DNA from: the human T2T-CHM13v2.0 reference genome, Homo sapiens
Assembly (NCBI GenBank): GCA_009914755.4
Contig: CP086569.2
Coordinates: 30,848,001-30,912,000 of the forward strand
Direction: 5' to 3'
Length of the DNA: 64,000 nucleotides
The notes below the pieces were generated by a model. The model made no database searches, was not told the DNA's origin, and saw only the letters and a program-made list of their open reading frames with translations. Below are positions 41,956 through 57,100 of the stretch, one piece after another. Positions within the stretch are counted from its first letter, which is position 1. Each line of letters begins with the position of its first letter. The position numbers and the translations under genes were made by a program.

Positions 41956-44900
41956 ACGGAATGGAATCCAATGGAATGGAATTAAATGGAAATGAATCAA
42001 ATTGAATAGCACGGAATTGAATTGAATGGAATTGAATGCAATGGAATCTAATGAAACGGAAAGGAAAGGAATGGAATGGAATGGAATGGACTGGAATGGA
42101 AAGGAATCGAAACGAATGGAATGGAATCGAACTGAAGAGACTGGAATGGAATGCACTGGAATGGAAGGGAGTGTAATGGAAGGTTCTCGAAAAAAATGGA
42201 ATCGAATGGAATGCAATTGAATGGAACGGAATAGAGTCGAATGCAATTGAATGGAATGGAATGGACTAGAGTGAAATGGAATCGAACCACAAGGAATGGA
42301 CAGGAATAGAATGGTCTCGAATTGAATGGAATCGTATGGAATGGCATCAAACGGAATGGAATGGACAGCCACGGAATGGAATGCACTCGAATGCAATGGA
42401 GTCGAAACTAATGGACTGGAATAGAATGGACTCGACTGGTACGGACTCCAATGGAATGGAATCGAATGGAAGGGAATCGAACGGAAGGGAATCGAACGGA
42501 ATGGACTCGAAGGGAAAAGACTGCAATGGAAAGGTCTCGAATGGAATGGAAATTAATGGAATGGAATGGAATCGAATGAAATAGAGTCAAAAGGAATGGA
42601 ATCGAATGGCAAGAAATCGAATGTAATGGAATCGCAAGGAATTGATGTGAACGGAACGGAATGGAATGGAATCCAAAGGAATGGAATAGAATGGAATGGA
42701 ATCGAATGGAAAGGACTCGAATGGAAATCACTCGAATAGAATGCAATTTAATAAAATAGGATCAAATGTAATGGAATGGAATGGAAAGGAATTGAAACGA
42801 AAGGAGTGGAGACAGATGGAATGGAATGGAACAGAGAGCAATGGTATAGAACGGAATGGAATAATCTGGAATGGAATTGAATGGAATGGAATAATATGAA
42901 ATGGAAAGGAATGGAATGGAATGCCCTTGAATTAAATGGACTGCAATGGAATGGACTCGAACAGAGTGGAATGGAAAGTGTTGAAATAGAATGGAATTGA
43001 CTCGTTTGGAATGGTCTAGTATGCAATGCAATCGACTGGCAGGGAATCAAAAGGAATGTAATCTAATGGATTGTACTGGAATGCAATGGACTCGAATAGA
43101 TTGGAAACGGAATGCAAAGGAATGGAATGGAATAGTATGGAATGGAATGGAAAGGAATGGAGTGGAATAGACTAGAGTGGAATGGAATGGACTTGAAAGC
43201 AATGGACTGGAATGGAACTTTCTTGAATGGACTGGAACCAAACGGAATGGAATGCAATGCAATCAAATGGCATGGAATAAGATAGAATGAAAGAGAATCA
43301 AATGGAATTGAATCGAATGGAATCGAATGGATTGGAAAGGAATAGAATGGAATGGAATGGAATTGACTCAAATGGAATGGACTAGAATGGAATGGATTCG
43401 AATGGAAGGCAAAGGAATGGAATCTATTGGAATGGACTGTAATGGAATGGAATGGAAGGGATTGGAATGGATTCGAATGGAATGGACTGCAATAGAAAGG
43501 ATTCGAATGGAATGAAAAAGAATTGAATGGAATAGAACAGAATGGAATCAAATCGAATGAAATGGAATGGAATAGAAAGGAATGGAATGAAATGGAATGG
43601 AAACGATTCGAATGGAATGCAATCGAATGGAATGGAATCGAACGGAATGGAATAAAATGGAAGAAAACTGGCAAGAAATGGAATCGAAATGAATGGAGTG
43701 TTATGGAACGGACTCAAAAGGAATTGAATGTAATAGAATGGAGTGGAGTGGACTCGAAAATAATGGACTGGAGTGGAATGAAATCACATGGAATGGGAAC
43801 GAATGGAATGGAATGGAATGTAAAGGAATGGAATCGAATGGAAAGGAATCGAATGGAAGGGAATGAAACTGAATCAACAGGAATGGAAGGGAATAGAATA
43901 GACGGTAATGGAATGGACTCGAATAGAATGGACACGAATGCTCAAATTGAATGGACTCGAATGGAATGGAAACGAAAGGAATGTCATCGAATGGAATTGA
44001 ATCGATTGGAATGAAATCGCATAGAATGGAGTGGAATCAAATGGAATTGAATCGAAAGGAAAGGAAGCGAATGGACTGAAATGAAATGGAATGGAATTGA
44101 ATGGAAAGTAATGCAATGGAATAGAATGGAACGAAATTTCACGGAATGGAATCAAACTGAATGGAATCAAATCAATGGAATCAAATCAAATGGAATGGAA
44201 AGGAATTGAATGGAGTAGATTGGATTGGATGGGATTGGAATGAAATGTACCGGAAAGGACTCGAATTTCATGAAACGGAATGGAATGAATTGGAACGGAA
44301 TGGACTCGAATGGAATGGAATGTCATGGAATGGCATCAAATGGAATGGCATCAAATGGAATGGAATCGAATGCAATGGAATGCTATGGAATGGAATGGAA
44401 TGCATTGGAATGGAATGTCCTCTAATGGAATGGATTCGAGTGGAATGGAATCGAATATAATGGAGTCGAATGAAATGGAATTGAAAGGAATGGGATCGAA
44501 TACAATGGAATATACTGGAATGTAACGTAATGAACTCGAATGTAATTGACTGGAATGGAATGTACATGAATGGAATGTAATCGAATGGAAAGTAATCCAA
44601 TGGAATAGAATCTAATGCAATAAAATCGACTCAGATAGAGTAGAATGTAATGGAATGGAGTGCAGTGTAATGGAATGGAATGGAATGGAATGCAATGGAA
44701 TGGAATGGGATGGAATGGTATGGAATGGATAGTAATGGACTGGAGTGAAATGGACTGGAAAGGAATGGACTCAAATTGAAAGGGCTCGAAAGGAATGGAG
44801 ACAAATGGAATGGTCTGGAATGGAATGAACACGAATGTAATACAATCCAATAGAATGGAGTCGAATGGCATGGAATATAAAGAAATGGAATCGAAGAGAA

Positions 44901-45504
44901 TGGAAACAAATGGAATGGAATTGAATGGAATGGAATTGAATGGAATGGGAACGAATGGAGTGAAATTGTATGCAGTAGAAGAGAATAGAATGGAATGCAA
45001 GCGAAAGGAAAGGAATGGATTGGAATGGAATGGAATTCATTGGAATGGAAGGGAATGTAGTGTAATGGACAGGCCTGGAATAAAGTGGAATGCTACGGTC
45101 TCGAATGGAATAAAAATGTATGGAATGGAATGCAATGAAACGGAATCGAATGTCATAGAATGTAATGGAATGCAAAAAAATGGAATCCAAAATCATTGAC
45201 TGGAAAGGCTGGGTGTCGAAAGGAATTGACTCCAATGGAATGGAATCGAATGGAATGGAAGTGAATAGAATCGAACTAAATCGAATGGAATGGAATTGAT
45301 AGGAACGGAATGGAAAGGAATGCAATGATTTGGCATGGAATGGAATCGAATGGCATCGAATGGAATGGAATGGAATGCAATGGAATGGAATGTATTAGAA
45401 TGTAATGAACTTTAATGGAATGTACTCGAATGGATTCGACTGGAATGGAATGTTGTGGAAGTGAATGGACTCCAATGGAATGGATTCAAAAGGAATGGAA
45501 TCGT
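41956..45504 (+). repeat. HSat3 HOR unit 14 (3549 bp; 15-bp tandem duplication at ~42470-42500)
   Basis: Anchor at 41956. ggaagggaatcgaac is duplicated (ESNGRESNGRESNG in the ORF track). Confidence 0.8.
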
Positions 45505-48500
45505 ACGGAATGGAATCTAATGGAATGGAATTAAATGGAAATGAATCAAATTGAATAGCACGGAATTGAATTGAATGGAATCGAATGCAATGGAATCTAA
45601 TGAAACGGAAAGGAAAGGAATGGAATGGAATAGAATGGGCTGGAATGGAAAGGAATCGAAACGAATGGAATGGAATCGAACTGAAGAGACTGGAATGGAA
45701 TGCACTGGAATGGAAGGGAGTGTAATGGAAGGTTCTCGAAAATAATGGAATCGAATGGAAAGGAATTGAATGGAACGGAATAGAGTCGAATGGAATTGAA
45801 TGGAATGGAATGGACTAGAGTGAAATGGAATCGAACCACAAGGAATGGACAGGAATAGAATGGTCTCGAATTGAATGGAATCGTATGGAATGGCATCAAA
45901 CGGAATGGAATGGACAGCCACGGAATGGAATGCACTCGAATGCAATGGAGTCGAAACTAATGGACTGGAATAGAATGGACTCGACTGGTACGGACTCCAA
46001 TGGAATGGAATCGAATGGAAGGGAATCGAACGGAATGGACTCGAAGGGAAAAGACTGCAATGGAAAGGTCTCGAATGGAATGGAAATTAATGGAATGGAA
46101 TGGAATCGAATGAAATGGAGTCAAAAGGAATGGAATCGAATGGCAAGAAATCGAATGTAATGGAATCGCAAGGAATTGATGTGAACGGAACGGAATGGAA
46201 TGGAATCCAAAGGAATGGAATAGAATGGAATGGAATCGAATGGAAAGGACTCGAATGGAAATCACTCGAATAGAATGCAATTTAATAAAATAGGATCAAA
46301 TGTAATGGAATGGAATGGAAAGGAATCGAAACGAAAGGAATGGAGACAGATGGAACGGAATGGAACAGAGAGCAATGGCATAGAATGGAATGGAATCATC
46401 TGGAATGGAATTGAATGGAATGGAATAATATGAAATGGAATGGAATGGAATGGAATGGAATGCCCTTGAATTAAATGGACTGGACTCGAACAGAGTGGAA
46501 TGGAAAGTGTTGAGATAGAATGGAATGGACTCCTTTGGAATGGTCTAGTATGCAATGCAATCGACGGGCAGGGAATCAAAAGGAATGTAATGGAATGGAT
46601 AGGACTGGAATGCAATGGACTCGAATAGATTGGAAAAGGAATGCAAAGGAATGTAATGGAATAATATGGAATGGAAAGAAATGGAATGGAAAGGATTCGA
46701 ATGGAATGCAATCGAATGGAATGGAATCGAACGGAATAGAATAAAATGGAAGAAAACTGCCAAGAAATGGAATCGAAATGAATGGAGTGTTATGGAAGGG
46801 ACTCAAAAGGAATTGAATGTAATAGAATGGAGTGGAGTGGAGTCGAATATAATGGACTGGAATGGAATGAAATCACATGGAATGGGAACGAATGGAATGG
46901 AATGGAAAGGAATGGAATCGAATGGAAAGGAATCGAATAGAAGGGAATGAAATTGAATCAACAGGAATGGAAGGGAATAGAATAGGCTGTAATGGAATGG
47001 ACTCGAATAGAATGGACACGAAGGCTCAAATTAAATGGACTCGAATGGAATGGAAACGAAAGGAATGTCATCGAATGGAATTGAATCGATTGGAATGAAA
47101 TCGCATAGAATGGAGTGGAATCAAATGGAATTGAATCGAAAGGAAAGGAAGCGAATGGACTGAAACGAAATGGAATGGAATTGAATGGAAAGTAATGCAA
47201 TGGAATAGAATGGAACGAAATTTCACGGAATGGAATCAAACTGAATGGAATCAAATCAATGGAATCAAATCAAATGGAATGGAAAGGAATTGAATGGAGT
47301 AGATTGGATTGGATGGGATTGGAATGAAATGTACTGGAAAGGACTCGAATTTCATGAAACGGAATGGAATGAATTGGAACGGAATGGACTCGAATGGAAT
47401 GGAATGTCATGGAATGGCATCAAATGGAATGGCATCAAATGGAATGGAATCGAATGCAATGGAATGCTATGGAATGGAATGGAATGCATTGGAATGGAAT
47501 GTCCTCTAATGGAATGGATTCGAGTGGAATGGAATCGAATATAATGGAGTCGAATGAAATGGAATTGAAAGGAATGGGATCGAATACAATGGAATATACT
47601 GGAATGTAACGTAATGAACTCGAATGTAATTGACTGGAATGGAATGTACATGAATGGAATGTAATTGAATGGAAAGTAATCCAATGGAATAGAATCTAAT
47701 GCAATAAAATCGACTCAGATAGAGTAGAATGTAATGGAATGGAGTGCAGTGCAATGGAATGGAACGGAATGGAATGCAATGGAATGGAATGGAATGGGAT
47801 GGAATGGAATGGAATGGAATGGGATGGAATTGTATGGAATGGATAGTAATGGACTGGAGTGAAATGGACTGGAAAGGAATGGACTCAAATTGAAAGGGCT
47901 CGAAAGGAATGGAGTCAAATGGAATGGTCTGGAATGGAATGAACACGAATGTAATGCAACCCAATAGAATGGAATCGAATGGCATGGAATATAAAGAAAT
48001 GGAATCGAAGAGAATGGAAACAAATGGAATGGAATTGAATGGAATGGAATTGAATGGAATGGGAACGAATGGAGTGAAATTGTATGCAGTAGAAGAGAAT
48101 AGAATGGAATGCAAGCGAAAGGAAAGGAATGGATTGGAATGGAATGGAATTCATTGGAATGGAAGGGAATGTAGTGTAATGGACAGGCCTGGAATAAAGT
48201 GGAATGATACGGTCTCGAATGGAATAAAAATGTATGGAATGGAATGCAATGAAACGGAATCGAATGTCATAGAATGTAATGGAATGCAAAAAAATGGAAT
48301 CCAAAATCATTGACTGGAAAGGCTGGGTGTCGAAAGGAATTGACTCCAATGGAATGGAATCGAATGGAATGGAAGTGAATAGAATCGAACTAAATCGAAT
48401 GGAATGGAATTGATAGGAACGGAATGGAAAGGAATGCAATGATTTGGCATGGAATGGAATCGAATGGCATCGAATGGAATGGAATGGAATGCAATGGAAT

Positions 48501-48618
48501 GGAATGTATTAGAATGTAATGAACTTTAATGGAATGTACTCGAATGGATTCGACTGGAATGGAATGTTCTGGAAGTAAATGGACTCCAATGGAATGGATT
48601 CAAAAGGAATGGAATCGT
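45505..48618 (+). repeat. HSat3 HOR unit 15, deleted variant (3114 bp; about 455 bp missing, unit coordinates ~1190 to ~1645)
   Basis: Anchor at 45505. Junction near 46655-46690, with a hybrid ORF at 46576..46806 joining two normally separate segments. Confidence 0.8.
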
Positions 48619-51600
48619 ACGGAATGGAATCTAATGGAATGGAATTAAATGGAAATGAATCAAATTGAATAGCACGGAATTGAATTGAATGGAATGGAAT
48701 GCAATGGAATCTAATGAAACGGAAAGGAAAGGAATGGAATGGAATGGAATGGGCTGGAATGGAAAGGAATCGAAACGAATGGAATGGAATCGAACTGAAG
48801 AGACTGGAATGGAATGCACTGGAATGGAAGGGAGTGTAATGGAAGGTTCTCGAAAAAAATGGAATCGAATGGAATGCAATTGAATGGAACGGAATAGAGT
48901 CGAATGCAATTGAATGGAATGGAATGGACTAGAGTGAAATGGAATCGAACCACAAGGAATGGACAGGAATAGAATGGTCTCGAATTGAATGGAATAGTAT
49001 GGAATGGCATCAAACGGAATGGAATGGACAGCCACGGAATGGAATGCACTCGAATGCAATGGAGTCGAAACTAATGGACTGGAATAGAATGGACTCGACT
49101 GGTACGGACTCCAGTGGAATGGAATCGAATGGAAGGGAATCGAACGGAATGGACTCGAAGGGAAAAGACTGCAATGGAAAGGTCTCGAATGGAATGGAAA
49201 TTAATGGAATGGAATGGAATCGAATGAAATGGAGTCAAAAGGAATGGAATCGAATGGCAAGAAATCGAATGTAAAGGAATCGCAAGGAATTGATGTGAAC
49301 GGAACGGAATGGAATGGAATCCAAAGGAATGGAATAGAATGGAATGGAATCGAATGCAAAGGACTCGAATGGAAATCACTCGAATAGAATGCAATTTAAT
49401 AAAATAGGATCAAATATAATGGAATGGAATGGAAAGGAATCGAAACGAAAGGAATGGAGACAGATGGAATGGAATGGAACAGAGAGCAATGGTATAGAAT
49501 GGAATGGAATCATCTAGAATGTAATTGAATGGAATGGAATAATATGAAATGGAATGGAATGGAATGGAATGCCCTTGAATTAAATGGACTGGAATGGAAT
49601 GGACTCGAACAGAGTGGAATGGAAAGTGTTGAGATAGAATGGAATGGACTCCTTTGGAATGGTGTAGTATGCAATGCAATCGACTGACAGGGAATCAAAA
49701 GGAATGTAATCGAATGGATTGGACTGGAATGCAATGGACTCGAATAGATTGGAAACGGAATGCAAAGGAATGGAATGGAATAGTATGGAATGGAATGGAA
49801 AGGAATGGAGTGGAATAGACTAGAGTGGAATGGAATGGACTCGAAAGCAATGGACTGGAATGGAACTTTCTTGAATGGACTGGAACCAAACGGAATGGAA
49901 TGCAATGCAATCAAATGGCATGGAATAAGATAGAATGAAAGAGAATCAAATGGAATTGAATGGAATGGAATCGAATGGATTGGAAAGGAATAGAATGGAA
50001 TGGAATGGAATTGACTCAAATGGAATGGACTAGAATGGAATGGATTCGAATGGAAGGCAAAGGAATGGAATCTATTGGAATGGACTGTAATGGAATGCAA
50101 TGGAAGGGATTGGAATGGACTCGAATGGAATGGACTGCAATAGAAAGGATTCGAATGGAATGAAAAAGAATTGAATGGAATAGAACAGAATGGAATCAAA
50201 TCGAATGAAATGGAATGGAATAGAAAGGAATGGAATGAAATGGAATGGAAAGGATTCGAATGGAATGCAATCGAATGGAATGGAATCGAACGGAATGGAA
50301 TAAAATGGAAGAAAACTGGCAAGAAATGGAATCGAAATGAATGGAGTGTTATGGAACGGACTCAAAAGGAATTGAATGTAATAGAATGGAGTGGAGTGGA
50401 CTCGAATATAATGGACTGGAATGGAATGAAATCACATGGAAAGGGAAAGAATGGAATGGAATGGAAAGGAATGGAATTGAATGGAAAGCAATCGAACGGA
50501 AGGGAATGAAATTGAATCAACAGGAATGGAAGGGAATAGAATAGACGGTAATGGAATGGACTCTAATAGAATGGACACGAATGCTCAAATTGATTGGACT
50601 CGAATGGAATGGATACGAAAGGAATGTCATCGAATGGAATTGAATCGATTGGAATGAAATTGCATAGAATGGAGTGGAATCAAATGGAATTGAATCGAAA
50701 GGAAAGGAAGCGAATGGACTGAAATGAAATGGAATGGAATTGAATGGAAAGTAATGCAATGGAATAGAATGGAACGAAATTTCACGGAATGGAATCAAAC
50801 TGAATGGAATCAAATCAATGGAATCAAATCAAATGGAATGGAAAGGAATTGAATGGAGTAGATGGGATTGGATGAGATTGGAATGAAATGTACCGGAAAG
50901 GACTCGAATTTCATGAAACGGAATGGAATGAATTGGAACGGAATGGACACGAATGGAATGGAATGTCATGGAATGGCATCAAATGGAATGGCATCAAATG
51001 GAATGGAATCGAATGCAATGGAATGCTATGGAATGGAATGGAATGCATTGGAATGGAATGTCCTCTAATGGAATGGATTCGAGTGGAATGGAATCGAATA
51101 TAATGGAGTCGAATTAAATGGAATTGAAAGGAATGGGACCGAATACAATGGAATATACTGGAATGTAATGTAATGAACTCGAATGTAATTGACTGGAATG
51201 GAATGTACATGAATGGAATGTAATCGAATGGAAAGTAATCCAATGGAATAGAATCTAATGCAATAAAATCGACTCAAATAGAGTAGAATGTAATGGAATG
51301 GAGTGCAGTGCAATGGAATGGAATGGAATGGAATGCAATGGAATGGAATGGAATGGAATGGAATGGGATGGAATGGGATGGAATGGATAGTAATGGACTG
51401 GAGTGAAATGGACTGGAAAGGAATGGACTCAAATGGAAAGGGCTCGAAAGGAATGGAGACAAATGGAATGGAATGGAACAGAGAGCAATGGTATAGAATG
51501 GAATGGAATCATCTGGAATGGAATTGAATGGAATGGAATAATATGAAATGGAATGGAATGGAATGGAATGGAATGCCCTTGAATTAAATGGACTGGAATG

Positions 51601-54185
51601 GAATGGACTCGAACAGAGTGGAATGGAAAGTGTTGAGATAGAATGGAATGGACTCTTTTAGAATGGTCTAGTATGCAATGCAATCGACTGGCAGGGAATC
51701 AAAGGAATGTAATCGAATGGATTGGACTGGAATGCAATGGACTCGAATAGATTGGAAACGGAATGCAAAGGAATGGAATGGAATAGTATGGAATGGAATG
51801 GAAAGGAATGGAGTGGAATAGACTAGAGTGGAATGGAATGGCCTGGAAAGCAATGGACTGGAATGGAACTTTCTTGAATGGACTGGAATCAAACGGAATG
51901 GAATGCAATGCAATCAAATGGCATGGAATAAAATAGAATGAAAGAGAATCAAATGGAATTGAATCGAATGGAATCGAATGGATTGGAAAGGAATAGAATG
52001 GAATGGAATGGAATTGACTCAAATGGAATGGACTAGAATGGAATGGATTCGAATGGAAGGCAAAGGAATGGAATCTATTGGAATGGACAGTAATGGAATG
52101 GAATGGAAGGGATTGGAATGGACTCGAATGGAATGGACTGCAATAGAAAGGATTCGAATGGAATGAAAAAGAATTGAATGGAATAGAACAGAATGGAATC
52201 AAATCGAATGAAATGGAATGGAATAGAAAGGAATGGAATGAAATGGAATGGAAAGGATTCGAATGGAATGCAATCGAATGGAATGGAATCGAACGGAATG
52301 GAATAAAATGGAAGAAAACTGGCAAGAAATGGAATCGAAATGAATGGAGTGTTATGGAACGGACTCAAAAGGAATTGAATGTAATAGAATGGAGTGGAGT
52401 GGACTCGAATATAATGGACTGGAATGGAATGAAATCACATGGAATGGGAACGAATGGAATGGAATGGAAAGGAATGGAATCGAATGGAAAGGAATCGAAT
52501 GGAAGGGAATGAAATTGAATCAACAGGAATGGAAGGGAATAGAATAGACGGTAATGGAATGGACTCGAATAGAATGGACACGAATGCTCAAATTAAATGG
52601 ACTCGAATGGAATGGAAACGAAAAGAATGTCATCGAATGGAATTGAATCGATTGGAATGAAATCGCATAGAATGGAGTGGAATCAAATGGAATTGAATCG
52701 AAAGGAAAGGAAGCGAATGGACTGAAATGAAATGGAATGGAATTGAATGGAAAGTAATGCAATGGAATAGAATGGAACGAAATTTCACGGAATGGAATCA
52801 AACTGAATGGAATCAAATCAATGGAATCAAATCAAATGGAATGGAAAGGAATTGAATGGAGTAGATTGGATTGGATGGGATTGGAATGAAATGTACTGGA
52901 AAGGACTCGAATTTCATGAAACGGAATGGAATGAATTGGAACGGAATGGACTCGAATGGAATGGAATGTCATGGAATGGCATCAAATGGAATGGCATCAA
53001 ATGGAATGGAATCGAATGCAATGGAATGCTATGGAATGGAATGGAATGCATTGGAATGGAATGTCCTCTAATGGAATGGATTCGAGTGGAATGGAATCGA
53101 ATATAATGGAGTCGAATGAAATGGAATTGAAAGGAATGGGATCGAATACAATGGAATATACTGGAATGTAATGTAATGAACTCGAATGTAATTGACTGGA
53201 ATGGAATGTACATGAATGGAATGTAATCGAATGGAAAGTAATCCAATGGAATAGAATCTAATGCAATAAAATCGACTCAGATAGAGTAGAATGTAATGGA
53301 ATGGAGTGCAGTGCAATGGAATGGAATGGAATGGAATGCAATGGAATGGAATGGAATGGAATGGAATGGAATGGAATGGAATGGAATGGGATGGAATGGT
53401 ATGGAATGGATAGTAATGGACTGGAGTGAAATGGACTGGAAAGGAATGGACTCAAATTGAAAGGGCTCGAAAGGAATGGAGTCAAATGGAATGGTCTGGA
53501 ATGGAATGAACACGAATGTAATGCAATCCAATAGAATGGAATCGAATGGCATGGAATATAAAGAAATGGAATCGAAGAGAATGGAAACAAATGGAATGGA
53601 ATTGAATGGAATGGAATTGAATGGAATGGGAACGAATGGAGTGAAATTGTATGCAGTAGAAGGGAATAGAATGGAATGCAAGCGAAAGGAAAGGAATGGA
53701 TTGGAATGGAATGGAATTCATTGGAATGGAAGGGAATGTAGTGTAATGGACAGGCCTGGAATAAAGTGGAATGCTACGGTCTCGAATGGAATAAAAATGT
53801 ATGGAATGGAATGCAATGAAACGGAATCGAATGTCATAGAATGTAATGGAATGCAACAAAATGGAATCCAAAATCATTGACTGGAAAGGCTGGGTGTCGA
53901 AAGGAATTGACTCCAATGGAATGGAATCGAATGGAATGGAAGTGAATAGAATCGAACTAAATCGAATGGAATGGAATTGATAGGAACGGAATGGAAAGGA
54001 ATGCAATGATTTGGCATGGAATGGAATCGAATGGCATCGAATGGAATGGAATGGAATGCAATGGAATGGAATGTATTAGAATGGAATGAACTTTAATGGA
54101 ATGTACTCGAATGGATTCGACTGGAATGGAATGTTCTGAAAGTGAATGGACTCCAATGGAATGGATTCAAAAGGAATGGAATCGT
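48619..54185 (+). repeat. HSat3 HOR unit 16, expanded variant (5567 bp): unit coordinates 1 to ~2860, then ~850 to 3568; about 2.0 kb duplicated internally
   Basis: Anchor at 48619, next anchor at 54186. ORF strings from unit coordinates 1464-2634 occur twice, 2003 bp apart (50072/52075, 50517/52520, 50911/52914). Junction at ~51445-51475. Confidence 0.8.
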
Positions 54186-57100
54186 ACGGAATGGAATCTA
54201 ATGGAATGGAATTAAATGGAATTGAATCAAATTCAATAGCACGGAATTGAATTGAATGGAATGGAATGCAATGGAATCTAATGAAACGGAAAGGAAAGGA
54301 ATGGAATGGAATGGAATGGGCTGGAATGGAAAGGAATCGAAACGAATGGAATGGAATCGAACTGAAGAGACTGGAATGGAATGCACTGGAATGGAAGGGA
54401 GTGTAATGGAAGGTTCTCGAAAAAAATGGAATCGAATGGAATGGAATTGAATGGAACGGAATAGAGTCGAATGGAATTGAATGGAATGGAATGGACTAGA
54501 GTGAAATGGATTCGAACCACAAGGAATGGACAGGAATAGAATGGTCTCGAATTGAATGGAATCGTATGGAATGGCATCAAACGGAATGGAATGGACAGCC
54601 ACGGAATGGAATGCACTCGAATGCAATGGAGTCGAAACTAATGGACTGGAATAGAATGGACTCGACTGGTACGGACTCCAATGGAATGGAATCGAATGGA
54701 AGGGAATCGAACGGAATGGACTCGAAGGGAAAAGACTGCAATGGAAAGGTCTCGAATGGAATGGAAATTAATGGAATGGAATGGAATCGAATGAAATGGA
54801 GTCAAAAGGAATGGAATCGAATGGCAAGAAATCGAATGTAATGGAATCGCAAGGAATTGATGTGAACGGAACGGAATGGAATGGAATCCAAAGGAATGGA
54901 ATAGAATGGAATGGAATCGAATGGAAAGGACTCGAATGGAAATCACTCGAATAGAATGCAATTTAATAAAATAGGATCAAATGTAATGGAATGGAACGGA
55001 AAGGAATCGAAACGAAAGGAATGGAGACAGATGGAATGGAATGGAACAGAGAGCAATGGTATAGAATGGAATGGAATCATCTGGAATGGAATTGAATGGA
55101 ATGGAATAATATGAAATGGAATGGAATGGAATGGAATGGAATGCCCTTGAATTAAATGGACTGGAATGGAATGGACTCGAACAGAGTGGAATGGAAAGTG
55201 TTGAGATAGAATGGAATGGACTCCTTTGGAATGGTGTAGTATGCAATGCAATCGACTGGCAGGGAATCAAAAGGAATGTAATCGAATGGATTGGACTGGA
55301 ATGCAATGGACTCGAATAGATTGGAAACGGAATGCAAAGGAATGGAATGGAATAGTATGGAATGGAATGGAAAGGAATGGAGTGGAATAGACTAGAGTGG
55401 AATGGAATGGACTGGAAAGCAATGGACTGGAATGGAACTTTCTTGAATGGACTGGAATCAAACGGAATGGAATGCAATGCAATCAAATGGCATGGAATAA
55501 AATAGAATGAAAGAGAATCAAATGGAATTGAATCGAATGGAATCGAATGGATTGTAAAGGAATAGAATGGAATGGAATGGAATTGACTCAAATGGAATGG
55601 ATTAGAATGGAATGGATTCGAATGGAAGGCAAAGGAATGGAATCTATTGGAATGGACTGTAATGGAATGGAATGGAAGGGATTGGAATGGACTCGAATGG
55701 AATGGACTGCAATAGAAAGGATTCGAATGGAATGAAAAAGAATTGAATGGAATAGAACAGAATGGAATCAAATCGAATGAAATGGAATGGAATAGAAAGG
55801 AATGGAATGAAATGGAATGGAAAGGATTCGAATGGAATGCAATCGAATGGAATGGAATCGAACGGAATGGAATAAAATGGAAGAAAACTGGCAAGAAATG
55901 GAATCGAAATGAATGGAGTGTTATGGAACGGAGTCAAAAGGAATTGAATGTAATAGAATGGAGTGGAGTGGACTCGAATATAATGGACTGGAATGGAATG
56001 AAATCACATGGAATGGGAACGAATGGAATGGAATGGAAAGGAATGGAATCGAATGGAAAGGAATCGAATGGAAGGGAATGAAATTGAATCAACAGGAATG
56101 GAAGGGAATAGAATAGACTGTAATGGAATGGACTCGAATAGAATGGACACGAATGCTCAAATTGAATGGACTCGAATGGAATGGAAACGAAAGGAATGTC
56201 ATCGAATGGAATTGAATCGATTGGAATGAAATCGCATAGAATGGAGTGGAATCAAATGGAATTGAATCGAAAGGAAAGGAAGCGAATGGACTGAAATGAA
56301 ATGGAATGGAATTGAATGGAAAGTAATGCAATGGAATAGAATGGAACGAAATTTCACGGAATGGAATCAAACTGAATGGAATCAAATCAATGGAATCAAA
56401 TCAAATGGAATGGAAAGGAATTGAATGGAGTAGATTGGATTGGATGGGATTGGAATGAAATGTACTGGAAAGGACTCGAATTTCATGAAACGGAATGGAA
56501 TGAATTGGAACGGAATGGACTCGAATGGAATGGAATGTCATGGAATGGCATCAAATGGAATGGAATCAAATGGAATGGAATCGAATGCAATGGAATGCTA
56601 TGGAATGGAATGGAATGCATTGGAATGGAATGTCCTCTAATGGAATGGATTCGAGTGGAATGGAATCGAATATAATGGAGTCGAATGAAATGGAATTGAA
56701 AGGAATGGGATCGAATACAATGGAATATACTGGAATGTAATGTAATGAACTCGAATGTAATTGACTGGAATGGAATGTACATGAATGGAATGTAATCGAA
56801 TGGAAAGTAATCCAATGGAAGAGAATCTAATGCAATAAAATCGACTCAGATAGAGTAGAATGTAATGGAATGGAGTACAGTGCAATGGAATGGAATGGAA
56901 TGGAATGCAATTGAATGGAATGGAATGGAATGGAATGCAATGGAATGGGATGGAATGGTATGGAATGGATAGTAATGGACTGGAGTGAAATGGACTGGAA
57001 AGGAATGGACTCAAATTCAAAGGGCTCGAAAGGAATGGAGTCAAATGGAATGGTCTGGAATGGAATGAACACGAATGTAATGCAATCCAATAGAATGGAA

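Noticed and set aside
51835-51850. Extra GGCC (aatggcctggaaagc) in unit 16 as a functional site
   Set aside because: It is a single A-to-C substitution relative to aatggactggaaagc in the other units. It is simply a private SNP that creates a second HaeIII site.
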